DNA of 64,000 bases from the human T2T-CHM13v2.0 reference genome, Homo sapiens, in assembly GCF_009914755.1 (NCBI RefSeq), contig NC_060931.1; one strand, given 5' to 3'. Position 1 is the first letter of the stretch, and each line of letters opens with the position of its first letter. Positions 1-12,789 of the stretch are shown here, in pieces. The notes below the pieces were generated by a model, which ran no database searches, was not told where the DNA came from, and saw only the letters and a list, made by a program, of their open reading frames with translations. The position numbers and the translations under genes are program-made.

Positions 1-59
1 AATAACATGTGTATGGTAAAAATAATTCAGTACTAAAAGGATAAATAATGAAAGGTGAA

Positions 60-620
60 TCTTTGTTCAACCCAAGATCCTAGTTTCACTCCTTAAAGGC
101 AATCCTTATCAAGAGCTTTTGTGTATTTGTCTAGAAAATATTCATGTTTATGTAATTGTTTTGACACAAATATGTGCATATTAGACACATTGTACTACAT
201 CTTGCTTTTTAAAAGTTAATAGATATATTTTGGAGTTTTTAAAATATCAGTATGTAAAGATGGACAGCACCCTTATTTATGACTTTGGGACATTGCATAG
301 TACAGATATACCATGATTTATTTAATAATTAGCCTATTAATAGATATATAGATATTTAGGTTGTTTTCATTTCTGAAAAAATAACTACTAACATTAGAGA
401 CCTCCTTGGGCATGGTTATGGGTATTGGATACATTCTTGGGAGTAGAATTAAGTCACAGGATATGTACATTTTACATTTTGCTAGTTCTAGCCAACTTAC
501 CTTCACAAGGGCTGTACTAATTTGGGCTTCCACTAGTAGTTACAGAGAGGGCATTGAGATTCCTAATGCTGGTCAGTCAATGGCTCACATCTTAGCAAAT
601 ATCTGCAGAAAAAGACAATA
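60..620 (-). mobile_element. Old L1 (L1M-type) 3' fragment
   Basis: Degenerate L1M motifs (tatttaggttgttttcatt; ggatacattcttgggagtagaatt). Boundaries approximate. Confidence 0.55.
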
Positions 621-809
621 TTTTTTACCATATTATAGAGGGAAAGAATTAGCATCAAGCTTCTAATACTGTAATGCATTAGTTTTTTCAACTTGTGAGT
701 ATGTTTATGGGGTTTTTTTTATATGTGGTATAGACAAACCTTTAAGGAAAAACTATATATAGAAAGTTTTACTTTATGATTAAATAATTTTTCTTTTTTT
801 AAATCACAG

Positions 810-886
810 GTGTTTGGCCCATGACTGAGAGAGAAGATGACTTGAACGTTTCTGTCGTGGTTTCTCCTAACTTTGATTCAGTTTCT
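810..886 (+). CDS. BBS9: BBS9 coding exon (exon 11), 77 nt, (G)VWPMTEREDDLNVSVVVSPNFDSVS
   Basis: Acceptor ttttttaaatcacag|GT, donor TCT|gtaggt. Translation matches the PTHB1/BBS9 protein as I recall it. Phase 1 in, phase 0 out. Confidence 0.96.
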
Positions 887-1339
887 GTAGGTGTACTTGC
901 AGATTTTAAAGGGGTTTATAAGAGTGGTAAACTCTGATGAATTAGGACCAAAATGCATTGGTTTAAAGTTTGGTCCTCCAAGTAGACACTTCAGGGAGGA
1001 TAACAAATTGTAGGCCTTGTTATTTTCTAGATAAAAACATTAGTAGCCCCTTAGTGCCAGTAAGGAGCTCCTTGGGCAGGATTTCTGTTTTAAAAAGAAG
1101 TGGGGTTGTAGGGGAAGAGAGAGCAGTAGGAGGGCTTCTTGCCCTAGTTCTAATCCTACTTAAAAAAATTTTTTTTCAAACTTTCTTAGTACCATAGCAT
1201 TGACGTAATACTAATGTAGCTGAATAATACTGACCCTACCAGATTTTTGTTGGAGATTCAGTTAGATAAGGTTTGTGAGTGGCCTAGCTCAAAGTTTGAT
1301 GATTTCTAGTCTTTAATACATTATGGTGGTGGTGGTGGT

Positions 1340-1690
1340 AGGGTAGCTTAAGAGTATATAGTTGGTCCAATACTTAATTTTTCCCCTGTTTCTATCTGTG
1401 TGACACAAGGCAAGGTACTTAATTTTCTTAGTCTCAATTTTCTCATCCACAAAATGGGAATAATAATAGAATCTACTTTGTTGAATGTTATGATAATTGT
1501 TATGATTGTCATTATCATCAAATTACATTTTACTTCTTTCTACATTATAATAATCATCAACATCATCATAATCATTATGATTATCACAACCATCTATGTC
1601 CATGAGTTGTCTTGTTCACTGCTGTATCCTTAGTGCTTGCCAAATAATGGGTGCTCAATATATATTTGCTCTATGAATAAGTGAATTAAT
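1340..1690. mobile_element. MIR relic, (ATC/ATT)n low-complexity tract and L2 3' end
   Basis: MIR core tctcaattttctcatccacaaaatgggaataataata. L2 tail ttgtcttgttcactgctgtatcc...tgctcaatatatatttg...tgaataagtgaa. Confidence 0.65.
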
Positions 1691-3375
1691 ACAACTGAGA
1701 AATAGAAAGGATGAAAGGAGGACTATTCTTGATTATATTACTTCATCTCCTCACTTAAGTTTTCTATAAGCACTTGTTAGGATGTGATTGATTATATCTC
1801 ACTGACTGCAGTTTATCTGTGTAGAAACAGATGATCACCAACAGAAATTGGTGTAGAAATTGATCTGTGTAGAAATCAGTGTAGAAATTGATCACCAACA
1901 GATGATCAATTTAGGGAAGTGGTTGAATTCACTCATTTTACAATATTTGGAGTTCATATCATATAATTCTGCTTGGGAAGTGTCTTCATTATTTAGGTAT
2001 CAGAACATACTTTAAAACGTATATCATGAGTGTCAAAAGATTAATTTTAGTATAAACAGCCAATCCAATTTGTGATAAAAATCACATTAACATTACTATA
2101 TTATAGTAAATTGGGTACACAAAAAAGTAGGACTATATATGAAAGAAACATTCACCCAGCTGAGTCACATAGTAGAGGCACTGTTTTAAATATTGGCCAT
2201 TCAGCACACACCATTTTTCATTCTACCTGAAGGGTGTAGTCTAAGTGGAACATTTCTGCTTAGTTAGCTGACAAATGTACACATATTTTCTTGCTGTGGA
2301 AATGACTTTTTTTTCCTTTGGGCAACTTATATAAGTTTTTCTAGGTTCTCTTCAACATAGGCTATTTGGAATGAGGAATTCCCTTTCTGTTTTTTAGGAA
2401 CTTTTAGTCTTTGTAGGAAAATTCCTTATGTAGTAGCACTGTGTTATAATGTATATTTCCCTATTGGTAACCCTGAATGCTATTTCCTCTTAAGTAGGTG
2501 TCTCTTTCCAGCTTCATTTTCCCTGTGTTACTATTTTTTCTTTCTTAAGAGATTTCTTGAGAGTATCATATTCATCTCATTGGAAAACATTAGCCCTACA
2601 ATTTATGTGGCTTTGGTGCCATGACGTCTTCTTATAGCCATTTCTTTCTTGCTATAGTTTTATGTTCCCAAAGGACTGCTGTCCTTGAAGTATCTAGGTG
2701 TTTAGTCATGGATTGATATGAGCAGGAAACAGGAGATGTTGGTTTCTCTTCTAGATCTGTGGATAGCTAAATGTAAAATATTTCCTGGATTTTAGGTATT
2801 AGAGCACAAAGCCTGGATTAATATTTTACTTTGAATCATTATTATGAAAGCACACATCTCAAAAAAGTAATATAATTTATATTAGAATGGAGTCTTTCTT
2901 AGAGGAGATAAGCATTGCTATCCCATCTTCCTTACTGAGAAGCAAGATCATAGTTTAAATATGGTTTCCTGTGGAGCCATAAGTAGAATATGAATCTCTT
3001 AACTTTGAATTCTGCTGATGCTCATTACATCATAGAATCCCCATTGCTTAGAAGTGGCTTAGTTTTTCTTAGTTAAAAATACTTCAAGTAAAAAAACGCA
3101 ATGGATCATATTCATTGGTTGGATAGAGACATAATTTTAATTGGTCCCCAGAATTCATAACGGTATTATTAGAAAATATGTCACCCCTTAGTCTTATTCT
3201 ATCATAGAGCATTTTCCCCTACCAATGTATCACTCTAAAAAATAAGTTATAAGTGATAAGGGAAGTGTTTTATGTATTATATTATACTATGTATTCTTTA
3301 AGAGGAAGGAGCAGGTAACACGAGGTGACGCTCAAAGAATGCCTATTGAATTAGTTTATGATATGCACTGGTTAA

Positions 3376-3733
<358 letters not shown>

Positions 3734-3993
3734 TAAGGCCACTCAATCTTTATATCATTAGCTGCATGTCTTAGATACATGTTGTTAATCAGAATAACAC
3801 ATACCTTACACAGGGTGAAAATACAGGGACCTGAAAGAATGGCATAATATTTTTCTGGGACATACAGGGAGGTCTTCTTCTATGCAATATAAATAACAAG
3901 TTAATAGAATTAATACTTTCAATATTTAAGTAAATCTGGGAATGGAGTGGTTTGATAAAATATGTGACCTTTTCTTTCCTTTTTAGGGGATGA

Positions 3994-4285
<292 letters not shown>

Positions 4286-4497
4286 CAGGGGATGAGTTTT
4301 TAAATATTAGCTTATGACTTTCTGGACGAAGGCATCAAAAAAGCCAGATTGTCTCTTTTAGTCTGTCATTAGAGTAATAAATCTTTTATAGTTTCCTATT
4401 TTGATAGTAGGAAATATACATTGCACTCATTGTGTTCACTCACTGCTGTGTAATATTGACATCATTCTTTCTTGCCTTCTCAATTCTGTGTTTACAG

Positions 4498-4551
4498 CAA
4501 GCGACCGATGTTGAGGTGGGAACTGACCTTGTCCCTTCTGTCACGGTGAAG
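4498..4551 (+). CDS. BBS9: BBS9 coding exon (exon 12), 54 nt, QATDVEVGTDLVPSVTVK
   Basis: Acceptor ctgtgtttacag|CAA, donor AAG|gtattg. Phase 0-0, continues the frame of the previous exon. Confidence 0.96.
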
Positions 4552-6143
4552 GTATTGTACCAGATTTTAGACTGTAATGTGCAAACAATATGATTTATTT
4601 CATTACATCTGTCACTGTTGAGAACTTGTAAGTAGCTTACAGAAATGTAAAATAAACACTTGGCATTTGTAGATTTTTCCCCAGCCTTGAGTAGTGAATA
4701 GAAAACCTTTACTGTTACTTGCAAATATAAAACTGGTAATTGCATTTATAGCAATATGTATATAATATAAATAACTATTATGAAGTACTGTTACCATTAT
4801 TTAAATGTGTAGCATGATCCAGGCTTTTTTCTTTGGAAATAAAGTTAACATTTTAAATCTGCTAAAGGAATTGTGTCATCACCATTCATAATAGAACAAT
4901 CAAGTAGCATCATACATAGTATACTGTGAATTGATATTGGAGAAGCACGGGGATGGTAATATCTTTCTTCTACCTATGATTATGTGGTGTTTGAAAAGAA
5001 TTTCCAGCCATCTCTCTGCCTTAACTTTAAGTGGATGTATTTACAGCAAGAAAATATTAAATGAAGATGCCACAAAGTTAGAATGGTAACAAATTGATAG
5101 TCTGGAAAATAGAATATTAAGGATGTGGTTTTGGTTAAGATTTTTAGTCCTGTCATTGTAGAATTTTAGAACTAGAACTTAAATGTAGAACCTTCTTAAA
5201 GCATTTAGATTAAAATATGGTAATCAGTCAGCACATTATTAAGCTGAAAATATTTATCATGCCCAGACCTTGGAAGCAAGGGAAGGTTGTGGATTTTGGC
5301 AATTCACTTAGTCAAAACTTGGATGGGGCTTTATATTTTCTTAGATTATGGGTTGCTCTCCTTGGAGGAGCTTGACAGGGCACCAAGCTTTACCAATTGT
5401 GTTCGCTTACACTGGAACCAGCGGGTGGCCCAAATGTGGAGATCTTTGGTCGAACTTGAAGGGAGCTGAATCTTACAACAGTTTCCTAAGCTAAGTTTTT
5501 TGGATTCTTGCCACTGGAAACAAGGGTGGTCTTTCCCCAACCTCCTTTCCCCCAGTCCAATCAAAGTCTCTATCTCATTAATACTTCCGAATCTGGAAAG
5601 GCATTAGTGGCAAGAAATCAAACACTTAAGAAAAAGAAATAACTGTCGAGTTCCAGGAATGATTTGTACTTTTGTATAGGGACACCTCTTTTAAATCTAT
5701 CTACTGATAACGTTCAGACACATACATGTAATAATTTAGGAGTGCACTGTTAATTGCAATAAGAGATCTTGTGCCTTAACTAGATAACATTGCTCATGCT
5801 AATTGTACCCCCAGCCAACCAGGAATTAGCACCGTAAGTAAACATACCTTTCCCTCCCATGCAGTTCTTAAGCTTTCATGTGTAGTAGCCACCTTAAAAT
5901 GATGGCATGACACTACTGGAAAATTCTCCTTCTGTTCGTGGAACTTACTATATTTGAGAATACCTAAGTCACAACTGTCTTTCTCATTGCCATTATAAAA
6001 GCATGAGAAAGAATGCAACAGGCAAGGGGTGCAGAAAATTGGTGGGACTCACACAGCAGACACAATGTCTTCCTGATCCTGTCTGACAGTTTCTATACAA
6101 ATTTCTACTATAAATCTCTCCTTATGACCTTTTATAACAACAG

Positions 6144-6287
6144 CAGCCAAGATATATAACCATGCAAGTTTCCATCATAATAAATCCTGTTAATTGAGAA
6201 AATTTTTCCATCCGTTCCAAGTGAATGAAGATGTGGCTACCTTGAGTATGTGTGCATGATGCGTGACCATCTATTCCAGGCAACTAG
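6144..6287 (+). other. Candidate cryptic/poison exon with GC donor in BBS9 intron 12
   Basis: Tandem acceptor aacaacag|cag|, donor TAG|gcgagt, in-frame TGA at 6195-6197. Confidence 0.6.
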
Positions 6288-6819
6288 GCGAGTGGTTGTT
6301 CATACCTGGCCTCTGGTGTTGTATTTATATATCTAGGATAAAAATTTGGTATTATATTTCCTAAGGGTTATATTTCATAAGAGGCAGAAAATAGCATGGA
6401 AAATTCTTGTATCAATGTTTTATATTTTCTCCTTAATATTCTATAATTATTTTCCTGTTAAAATATAAGACTTGTGATCTAGCCAAGTCTTTAACTCTTT
6501 TTTGGCTCAAACACAACTATTCTTTGTTACTGTTGTTATTTTCATTACCTATCTCCTTGATTTGTATTTTGAAAGGGCCTAGCCCATTGTTGGGGTTCAA
6601 TAAATATGTGCATGAGAGCTATCATGATTGTGCAACTAAACCAAATGCAAACCCTTCTTGTTACAATGTAAAATTCTGTGATTATTGTCTAAGTAGACAT
6701 CGTTGTGCCAGGAAAAGCCAGACTGCTCTTTTTCAAATGGCTTATTACTACTTAAAGGAATTTTCATTTTTACTTAAAACTGAGTTCTCATAAGACTTTC
6801 CTGGTCACTATTTTCAACT

Positions 6820-7187
6820 CTCTACTTGGATTGATGGCTTTGCACAGGTTATTTACCTTCTCTGAACCTCTATTTTTTAAACTGTAAAATAGGGATACTT
6901 TTTCATCTGCAAAGTTATTTTGAGTCTTAACCACAGTTGGTTAAAGGCATGGGCTCAGGATTCTGGCAGATAGCAGTTAAATTGTGGTTCTGCCACTTGC
7001 AATCAAAGTGGCCTTGGGCAAATTACTTAGCATCTCTGAGCCACAGTCTTTTGTAAAATGGTTTATGATGGTACCTGTCAAACATTTTTGTAAAGAGTAA
7101 ATTAAATAATGGCACGTAAATAATTTGTTAGCATGGTTCCATGAATATAGAAAATTGCTAATATTTTTTATCATTAATATTATTCAT
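6820..7187 (+). mobile_element. Two adjacent MIR relics
   Basis: Core motifs ttatttaccttctctgaacctc...ctgtaaaataggg and ccttgggcaaattacttagcatctctgagccacagt...tgtaaaatgg. Confidence 0.65.
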
Positions 7188-7894
7188 TTTATTTAAAAAT
7201 ATATGTACAGACTAGTATTATATTATTATAATAGTAGAATATTTAAATTGTGTCTTGTTTGTTTAATGGACTAGCTAGTTGAAAGAAAGTTGTTTGTAGC
7301 ACTTGCATGGTGTCTTCCTGCCATAATAACCATCAGGGTTTTACTAAAAAGGTATTATGTTTACAATGGCCAGACATCATTGAGGAAGTTTAGTTTGTGG
7401 CATGATGATTCCCTGTGTATTCCCAGGATTTACAAAGTAAAAATTGAGGATTCATTGTTCATGGTGTTTATCATATTTAATTGCATCGATAGTTGTCTTA
7501 AAAATTTTCCTTTGCAAGTCAAAATTTTTATGTTTTTAACTTATTTTTAAGTTGTGCAGAATACTCACATCACTTAAAATTAATACATTTACTGAATCTA
7601 ATTATGTGTTCATAATGTTTGTGGGCCACTTGTATATTCTTGTATATATAAAAATATTATATATATTTAATCAAGAAAGAGGTAATACATGCTTTTTATT
7701 GAAAAGAAACTTCAAAACTACTTTTCTTAACAATAAGAATGGTCCTTGAATTATGTTAATGTATGTATCTGTCTCATATAACAAAGTCTAATAACTAGAC
7801 TGAACTGCCGTATAGAAAAGGTACCATATAGAATGGTGGTTTATTTTATTTAATTTTTTTTCTCATGACATACGAGTCACCATGATAGAACATT

Positions 7895-8765
7895 TTAAAA
7901 TAGCTTTACTTAGATATAATTTAGATACTATATTATTCACTTAGTTAAAGTTACAATCCGATGACTTTTAGTATAGTGTATTTACAGAATTTTGCAACTA
8001 TCACCACAATTTAATTTTAGAACATTTTATCCCACCTAAAAGAAATGCCATACCCATTAGCTGCCATTCCCCATCTCTCTCATCCCTAAGCAACTCCTAA
8101 TCTACTTTATTTCTCTATAGATTGCCTATTCTATACATTTCATATAAATGGATCATACAATATGTGGTTCTTTGTGGCTAGATTTTTTCACTTAGCATCA
8201 TGTTTTCAAGGTTCACCCATGTTGTGGCATGTAAATGAAATAATGCACATAAATTTGTTAGCATGGTTCCATGGATATAGAAAATTGCTAATGGTTTTTA
8301 TCATTAATGTTATTCATAATGTATTTCATTTCTTTTATTGCTGAACAATATTTCATTGTATGAATATATCACATTTTGTTTATTCATTCATCATGATGGG
8401 AATTTGGATTATTTCTGCTTTTTGGCTATTAGCATATTGTTGCTGTGAACATTTGTGTATAAGATTTTGGGTGGACCTATGTTTTCGTTTCTCTTGGTAT
8501 AGAATTGTGAAGTTATATGTTAAATTTATGTTTAACCTTTGAAGAAACTGCCAAACTTTTCTTAGAGTAGCTGTACCAATTTACATTTTCACTGGCAATA
8601 TATGAGGGTTCTAGTTTCTCCACATCATTGCTAACACATGTTATTGTCTGTCCTTTCGATTATAGCCATTTTATTGGGTACGTAGTAGTATCTCATTGTG
8701 GTTTTTAGTTTGTATCTCCTTCATAACTAAGGATATTGAGCATCTTTGCATGTACATATTGCCAA
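7895..8765 (-). mobile_element. L1M (L1MB-like) 3' fragment, interrupted by an 87-bp local copy
   Basis: Typical L1MB 3' text (ctaatctactttatttctctatagattgcctattct...; ttcacttagcatcatgttttcaaggttcacccatgttgtggcatgt). Confidence 0.8.
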
Positions 8766-8984
8766 TCTTTATTCTTTTGAGTAAAGTCTGTTTAGCTTTT
8801 GTGCACAGTTTCTACTTGATAGAATATTTTAATCTATTACTTACTGTATTATGTTTTGTGACTACTCATTTTTTCCTCAGGTAATATTTTCTAATTATTT
8901 GCTAGTTATGTTTAAGTAGTTATGATAGTCTATCAGTTTGAATAAAATGTAATTTTCTATTGATAACAATTTCTGTTTCCTTAG

Positions 8985-9087
8985 GTCACACTGCAGAACA
9001 GAGTGATATTGCAAAAAGCCAAATTATCAGTCTACGTGCAACCACCATTAGAATTGACTTGTGATCAGTTCACCTTTGAATTTATGA
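8985..9087 (+). CDS. BBS9: BBS9 coding exon (exon 13), 103 nt, VTLQNRVILQKAKLSVYVQPPLELTCDQFTFEFM(T)
   Basis: Acceptor tttccttag|GTC, donor ATGA|gtaagt. Phase 0-1. Confidence 0.96.
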
Positions 9088-9350
9088 GTAAGTTTTTTGT
9101 TTTGGCTGAAAGTCTACCATGGTGTGAATTTTTTAAAAATACTAGTTTGTTCATTTAATGGCTATTATTTCATGTCTGAATGGTGAGATTGGGATCGTCC
9201 CAAAATCAATGATTGTGTTGTTTTGCTTATATTTTCCCTCTTAGCATCAGCATGAACGTTCAATCAATGATTGTTGGGTCAAATTAATCTTTTACGATTA
9301 CAGATTTCTAGGTGCTTTTCTGAACTTGTTGGACCTATAATTGTTTTTGA

Positions 9351-9647
9351 TTTATTTATTTATTTTTGAGACAGGGTCTCATTCTCATTGGCCCAGACTG
9401 GAGTGCAGTGGCACCATCATGGCTCACTGCAGCTTCGACTTCCTGGGCTCAAGTGATCCTCCCACCTCAGCCTCCTGAGTAGCTGGGACTACAGGAAAAC
9501 ACCACCTGACTAATTTTTTGTATTTTTAGTAGAGACGGGGTTTCGCCATGTTATCCAGGCTGGTCTTGAACTCCTGGGCTCAAGCAATTTGCCTATCTCG
9601 GCCTCCCAGAGTACTAAGATTACAAGCGTGAGCCACCACTCCTGGCC
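9351..9647 (-). mobile_element. AluJ element
   Basis: Reverse Alu with J-type features (ctgggctcaagtgatcctccc). Confidence 0.92.
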
Positions 9648-10654
9648 TGTTTTTAGATACTAAAATTTAGAAGGCTTTCTTTATTGGTGTTTCTTTAGTG
9701 ATCTATTTATTGAATCGGTAATGTTTGAAGAATTAATATGGACTTTGGAGTTTGGCCTGAGTTTGAATCCAGCTCTAACACTCACTTGATGTGTAACCTT
9801 AGGCAAAAACTACATTAGTAATCACTTGGAGCCTCATTTATTTTAATCTGCAAAAAGGGGGTAATGATATTTGTTTTACAAGGTTGTTTTGAGGATTTGA
9901 TTAAAAAGTAAATCTATAAAAGATATCCATAATAATGCTTAAAATAGTAGACATGTCATTAATGGCAACTCTTAGTAAGGTTTCTTTGTATAGGATCTCT
10001 TACTCCCAACCATTTATATCCAAATTGTCATTAGTCCTGTTAAGATAATCTGAACTACCTTTCAAGTCTTTTTTCTTTTTTTAGTTTACTATAGCTTTTC
10101 TGCTAAGGCTTCTATCTCTTATTCACGAAGTCAAGAACATATCTTTCTTTTTTTGCCTCCACATAACCAACCCATAGCTGAGTGCCTGCCGTTAGTAGGA
10201 ATTCAACAAATCTTTGCAGAATGAATGAATAAACGATTGAGTGAAGTAACCTCATAGGTGATACCCAGCCATTGAACTTTTCTTGCATTTCTGATTTTGT
10301 ATAACACTTCCAATTTGTCTTTCTAAAATACATTCTAAATAATTTATTTTTTCCATTTATTATGGCTCTCTAATACAGGTTGGGGGCCAGATATGTTAAC
10401 ATAGATGAGCACGCACAATCTGTTAAGTGGCTACTGTGTAACACTCCTCATCCATTTTCTCCTTCAGTCTATGTTCTACCCATGATAAATTGCTATTTTC
10501 CTCCCAAATTCTCTTGCCCTTTTGTGTACCGTTTTCTCTGTTCATGCTGTCTGTTCCTCGAAGTAAAGAACAGCAGTGGTGTAGAATGCCAGTTTCTTTG
10601 TACCTTGTTCTGGAGTTAATTCCTAGTAGCTGTGTTACCTTAGGCAAGCTTCTT

Positions 10655-10909
10655 TTTTTGTTTTTGTTTCTGTTTTTGAGACAGAGTCTCACTCTGTTGC
10701 CTGGACTGGAGTGCAGTGGAGCAATCTCGGTTCACTGCAAACTCCACCTTCCAGGTGTCACCACGCCCAGCTAATTTTTTTGTATTTTTAGTAAAGATGT
10801 GGTTTTCTCATGTTGGCTAGGCTGGTCTTGAACTTCTGGCCTCACGTGATCCGCCCACCTAGGCCTCCCAAAGTGTTGGGATTACAGGCGTGAGCCACTG
10901 TGCCCGGTC
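10655..10909 (-). mobile_element. AluS with internal deletion, inserted in a MIR (about 10570-11075)
   Basis: TSD ttaggcaagcttctt at 10640-10654 and 10910-10924. The MIR core resumes after the Alu. Confidence 0.92.
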
Positions 10910-11134
10910 TTAGGCAAGCTTCTTAATCTCTCTGTATTTCAGTTTTCTCATCATAATAAATGAGGACAATAATAGTATCAACCTCACAGGTTTGTTGTGA
11001 AGATTTAAAGAGTTACTTCATGTAAGTGCTTATGACAGTACCTGGCATGTGGTGAGTGCTTATTAAATTTTAACTGTTGTTAATAACAGTTGCCCCAAAT
11101 TATGTAATTTATATTATTTTTACATTGCTTATAG

Positions 11135-11239
11135 CACCAGATTTGACTAGAACAGTAAGCTTTTCTGTTTATCTGAAAAGAAGTTATACACCATCAGAAT
11201 TGGAAGGAAATGCTGTTGTTTCTTATTCCAGACCAACAG
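11135..11239 (+). CDS. BBS9: BBS9 coding exon (exon 14), 105 nt, (T)PDLTRTVSFSVYLKRSYTPSELEGNAVVSYSRPT
   Basis: Acceptor ttgcttatag|CA, donor CAG|gtaaac. Lies within ORF 11077..11289. Phase 1-1. Confidence 0.96.
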
Positions 11240-11548
11240 GTAAACATACAGGCTTAATCATTACTTTAAGTTGTTGGAGTTATGAGTAAAATGCTTATGC
11301 ATTTAAGATGAGAAAACATACTGTGAAATATCATTAAATGAGAAAATGTTATTTTCTACTGTTAAGTAAAATCATGTTTTCATTACTTTTATGTGTTATG
11401 AGTAGTTCGTGATAAGGCTATTTAGCTGATTTCCATATGTAATGTTTGGTTCCCTCTTTTCAGTTAATAGCAAATCTGATACATTTTTATTCCTAATAGA
11501 AGAATGTTATCTAGTCAGACTTCATTTATTTGAACCAAAGGCTAGTAT

Positions 11549-12029
11549 TGATGCAGGATTTTTGCTCCTTAGTTCAGCCATATCTGCGTTCTTATTTCAT
11601 GACCAGGAAGAATTAGGCATGCGGACACAGTGAGTGAGGAGGGTGGAATTTTTAAAGCGGGTTTCCACCTCACAAATTGAATACCAGGGCTCCCACACCT
11701 GAGCTGATGAGGCCAGGCTCCTCCCCTGCGTAAGGCACTTATTCCTTGTGGCCCCACCCCATTTCCCCAGTGCGCTCGCGGGCATGTCCAGGCAAGCCAT
11801 AGGTAGTATTTGAAAAGGCAGCATTCGATTGGCTAAAAGACATTATTCAGAAAGAATCAATTGGGAAAGGGCAGGCACACAGGGACAGAAGTTCTTCTGG
11901 GTTCTGGGTTTCATCCAGGACCAGCAGTACGGTCTTTCAGCCCTCAGGCTGTTTTAAGCCTGAAGGTAAGATTTCACCTGGGACCTTTCCGTATTTGCTT
12001 AGGCGTTTGTCTGCCTCCTACCTCTATCA
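11549..12029 (-). mobile_element. ERV1-class solo LTR (MER4-group; LTR27/MER52/MER61-like)
   Basis: TG...CA termini (tgatgcagg...tctatca), 4-bp TSD gtat at 11545-11548 and 12030-12033, text resembling this LTR group. Exact family uncertain. Confidence 0.8.
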
Positions 12030-12774
12030 GTATGAATTAGTAGAAAATAATATTATGGATTACTCCAACATTAGGGCAGTAATCAGAGTTTTAGACACTG
12101 TTTTAGTGACTAAATAAAACTCTTTAGCATCTTATGTGTTAAAATACTTAAGAACAGATCTTTTAAAACTTAGTCTGCATTTTTCAACCATTTTTGGCCA
12201 TTATGCTTTTCTGCAATTTGAAAGACAGAATTTAGAAGATTACTAATCATTGGTATTGGTTGAAAGTGAATTAGAAATTAACATTGAGAGAGTCTGCAGA
12301 ATGCCAAGAGAAGCAAAAAGAGACGTTATCAATAGTATTATTTACTTAAATTATTATAAAAAAGAGGAACTGGATTGACTTTAAAGGGGAAAGTTAAAAG
12401 AAAATAAATTCAAAAAGTAACTGGAAATATTAATATTATGTATTTTCCCCTTTATTGAGTCTTTTTTGCTGTTTGGCTAGATCATATATCTTTACTTGTT
12501 TTTTTCCCACATTTACAGTGGAATAACACATTCTCATAGACTTCTGAGAATGGAAATATAAATAAATGTATTGTTGGGTTTCATTTATTTGTGTTATACT
12601 CTCAATTGTGGATTGACTTGTGTTTGGAGAGTCATTTAAGTCATCTGTGAGAATCTTGAAATTTTAATTTGTATTTTAAGCAGATATGTGTCAAATTTGT
12701 GTTGTAACTTTACCACAGATAATTTGTTGCCTTCTTTTCCCCCTACCCATTTTTGCATTGCCTGTGATGGACAG

Positions 12775-12789
12775 ATCGAAATCCTGATG
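12775..12789 (+). CDS. BBS9: BBS9 15-nt microexon (exon 15), adds DRNPD
   Basis: gacag|ATCGAAATCCTGATG|gtaagt. Supplies the DRNPD between ...SRPT and GIPRV... in the long isoform. Phase 1-1. Confidence 0.93.

Noticed and set aside
1400-1633. 77-aa Ile-rich hydrophobic ORF
   Set aside because: Translation of a MIR tail plus an (ATC/ATT)n tract. No splice or coding context.
1815-1910. CRISPR-like repeat-spacer array
   Set aside because: Eukaryotic intron. The repeats are 9-13 nt, irregular, and lack unique spacers.
5287-5564. GC-richer patch with overlapping short ORFs and an acceptor-like ttttcttag at 5344
   Set aside because: No recognisable protein similarity and no convincing donor. BBS9 exons 12 and 13 join without it.
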